A DNA stretch of 64,000 nt from a candidate division WOR-3 bacterium (GTDB lineage Bacteria; Hydrothermota; 32-111), in the NCBI GenBank assembly GCA_037481815.1, contig JBBFKX010000001.1:1373-65372 (forward strand). The letters are read 5' to 3'. The notes under the pieces are model-generated. The model had not been told where the DNA came from. It saw nothing but the letters and a program-made list of their open reading frames with translations, and did no database searches. The position numbers and the translations under genes are program-made. The stretch's first letter is position 1; each line of letters starts with the position of its first letter. Of this stretch, positions 62,389 through 64,000 are shown in pieces.

Positions 62389-62771
62389 TTTTGCTCAGGA
62401 TTCAATGCTTTGTTTATCCTTGAAACAAGGTCTTTTAAGTTGAAAGGTTTAACAACATAATCGTTGATTCCTATGTTGAAACCTTTATTTTTATCTTCAA
62501 CATTGGATTTTGCTGTGAGAAAGATTATAGGAATATTTTTTGTGTTTTCGTTCTGTCTTAGATTCGCTGCGAGTTCAAACCCATCCATTACAGGCATCAT
62601 TATATCTGTTAAAACAAGATCAACATGTTCCTTGTTTATAATATCGATCGCTTCCTGCCCGTTGTGTGCTTTGATGATATCGAAACCGTTTTGTTTCAAA
62701 GTGAATGCCATTATATCGACGAGAAATAGATCATCATCAACTATCAACAGGGTTTTCTTTCTTTCTTCCAT
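62385..62771 (-). CDS. Single-domain response regulator (CheY-like receiver).
   Basis: LLIVDDDLFLVD...DLVLTDIMMPVMDGFEL...IIFLTAK...KPF. ATGA overlap with the kinase start. Confidence 0.9.
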   Translation of the reverse strand: MEERKKTLLIVDDDLFLVDIMAFTLKQNGFDIIKAHNGQEAIDIINKEHVDLVLTDIMMPVMDGFELAANLRQNENTKNIPIIFLTAKSNVEDKNKGFNIGINDYVVKPFNLKDLVSRINKALNPEQK

Positions 62772-62910
62772 TTAAACTCCCACTTTTTACATTATTATAA
62801 ATTCAGTTTCCCTTTTGTCAACAAGTTAATTATAAATTTATTGATAAAAAAAATCAATAGGTAATTTTATCTCTTTACAACACAGAAAAAAATGATAATA
62901 TATAAAACCT

Positions 62911-64000
62911 ATGAAAATAATCAGGAATTTTTCGATCATAGCACATATAGATCATGGGAAAAGCACCCTCTCCGATAGGTTTTTGGAGTTATCTGAAAAT
63001 TTTGATATGAGAGAGTTTCGAGAACAGGCACTTGATTCGATGAGTGTTGAAAGGGAGCATGGAATAACCGTTAAAGCCCATCATGTCAGGATAAACTTTA
63101 AATGGAAGGGGAATGATATTCAGTTCAATCTGATAGATACACCCGGCCATGTTGATTTTTCCTATGAGGTTTCGAGATCTCTTGCTGCATGTGAGGGTGC
63201 TGTTTTACTCGTTGATGCAACACAGGGGGTTGAAGCACAATCGATAAGCCATCTTCATGAGGCACTTGCAAACAATTTACCGATAATTCCGGTTTTGAAC
63301 AAAATAGATCTACCCGCTGCTGATATTGAACTTTCAGGTAAAGAGATAATGGAACTTTTAGGGTGTGAAGAAAATGATATCATTCTAATTTCAGCGAAAG
63401 ATGGAACCGGTGTTGATCAGTTGATAGATGCGATAATCGAAAAATTTCCACCTCCCAAAATAGATCTTGAAAGTCCTTTGAAGGCACTGATTTTTGATTC
63501 AACTTACGACAATTACAGGGGAGCGATTCCCTATGTCAGGATATTTGATGGTGAGGTAAAAAAGGGAGATATGATAACATTCATTTCAACAAAGAGTATT
63601 TATGAGGTTGGAGAGGTTGGAGTTTTTTTACCAAAGATGAAGCCAGTTGAGAAACTCGTTTCAGGTGATGTTGGCTATATCATTTGTAATATAAAAAATA
63701 TCGATGAGATTCATATAGGAGATACGATTACTTTAAAAGGAGTGGATGTTCAGCCACTAAAAGGTTATAGGGAAGTTAAGCCGATGGTCTTTTCCGGCTT
63801 CTATCCTTCAAACGGTGAGGACTATGAAAAGTTGAAAGATGCTTTAAAAAAGTTAAAGTTGAACGATGCGGCGTTCACTTTTATACAGGAAAACTCCGAA
63901 GCGTTGGGATTTGGCTTCAGATGCGGTTTTCTTGGAATGTTGCACATGAAGATAGTCCAGGAACGTCTTGAGAGTGAGTTTGGACTCGATATAATTGCGA
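62911..64000 (+). CDS. lepA: Elongation factor 4 (LepA), N-terminal part; continues beyond the window.
   Basis: NFSIIAHIDHGKSTLSDR (G1), DTPGHVDF (G3), NKIDL (G4), then LepA-specific domains. The frame is open to the window end. Confidence 0.9.
   Translation, partial: MKIIRNFSIIAHIDHGKSTLSDRFLELSENFDMREFREQALDSMSVEREHGITVKAHHVRINFKWKGNDIQFNLIDTPGHVDFSYEVSRSLAACEGAVLLVDATQGVEAQSISHLHEALANNLPIIPVLNKIDLPAADIELSGKEIMELLGCEENDIILISAKDGTGVDQLIDAIIEKFPPPKIDLESPLKALIFDSTYDNYRGAIPYVRIFDGEVKKGDMITFISTKSIYEVGEVGVFLPKMKPVEKLVSGDVGYIICNIKNIDEIHIGDTITLKGVDVQPLKGYREVKPMVFSGFYPSNGEDYEKLKDALKKLKLNDAAFTFIQENSEALGFGFRCGFLGMLHMKIVQERLESEFGLDIIA

Overview
AT-rich bacterial chromosome segment of about 45 genes, densely packed with many 4-20 nt start/stop overlaps. 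The codon usage and domain repertoire suggest a thermophilic or anaerobic Gram-negative-type organism: sigma-54, Nfn/Sud-type ferredoxin-NADP reductase, two GdhA, an Omp85-like barrel, AsmA and lipoproteins.

Recognisable content, left to right:
- a PAS-rich hybrid sensor kinase that is frameshifted
- tRNA-Leu(CAG) with a textbook sigma-70 promoter
- a class-III adenylyl cyclase fused to an ATPase/TPR module
- AsmA
- GlcD-like FAD oxidase
- a receiver-PEP-utilising-domain protein
- NfnAB-like genes followed by a sensor kinase and an NtrC-type sigma-54 activator
- a sigma-54-promoter-driven three-gene operon of unknown function, which includes catalytically degenerate glutamate-dehydrogenase-like paralogues, placed beside two divergently transcribed authentic gdhA genes
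- Hsp20
- a sugar-nucleotide modification operon
- recG
- a cluster of lipoprotein, Trx-like, solenoid-repeat and hypothetical proteins
- dCMP deaminase
- vWA lipoprotein
- OsmC
- MsrBA
- a 6.5-kb defence island: Type III res, DarT, DarG and Type III mod, translationally coupled and bounded by about 29-bp imperfect inverted repeats, with a mosaic AT-rich target-recognition domain (TRD) in mod
- a carbamoyltransferase / glycosyltransferase / NHL / BtuFCD-like ABC / outer-membrane-protein operon
- pheST
- an Lrp-RAM-only protein
- a GAF/PAS kinase with a single-domain receiver
- the 5' part of lepA

No CRISPR array, transposase or integrase was seen.
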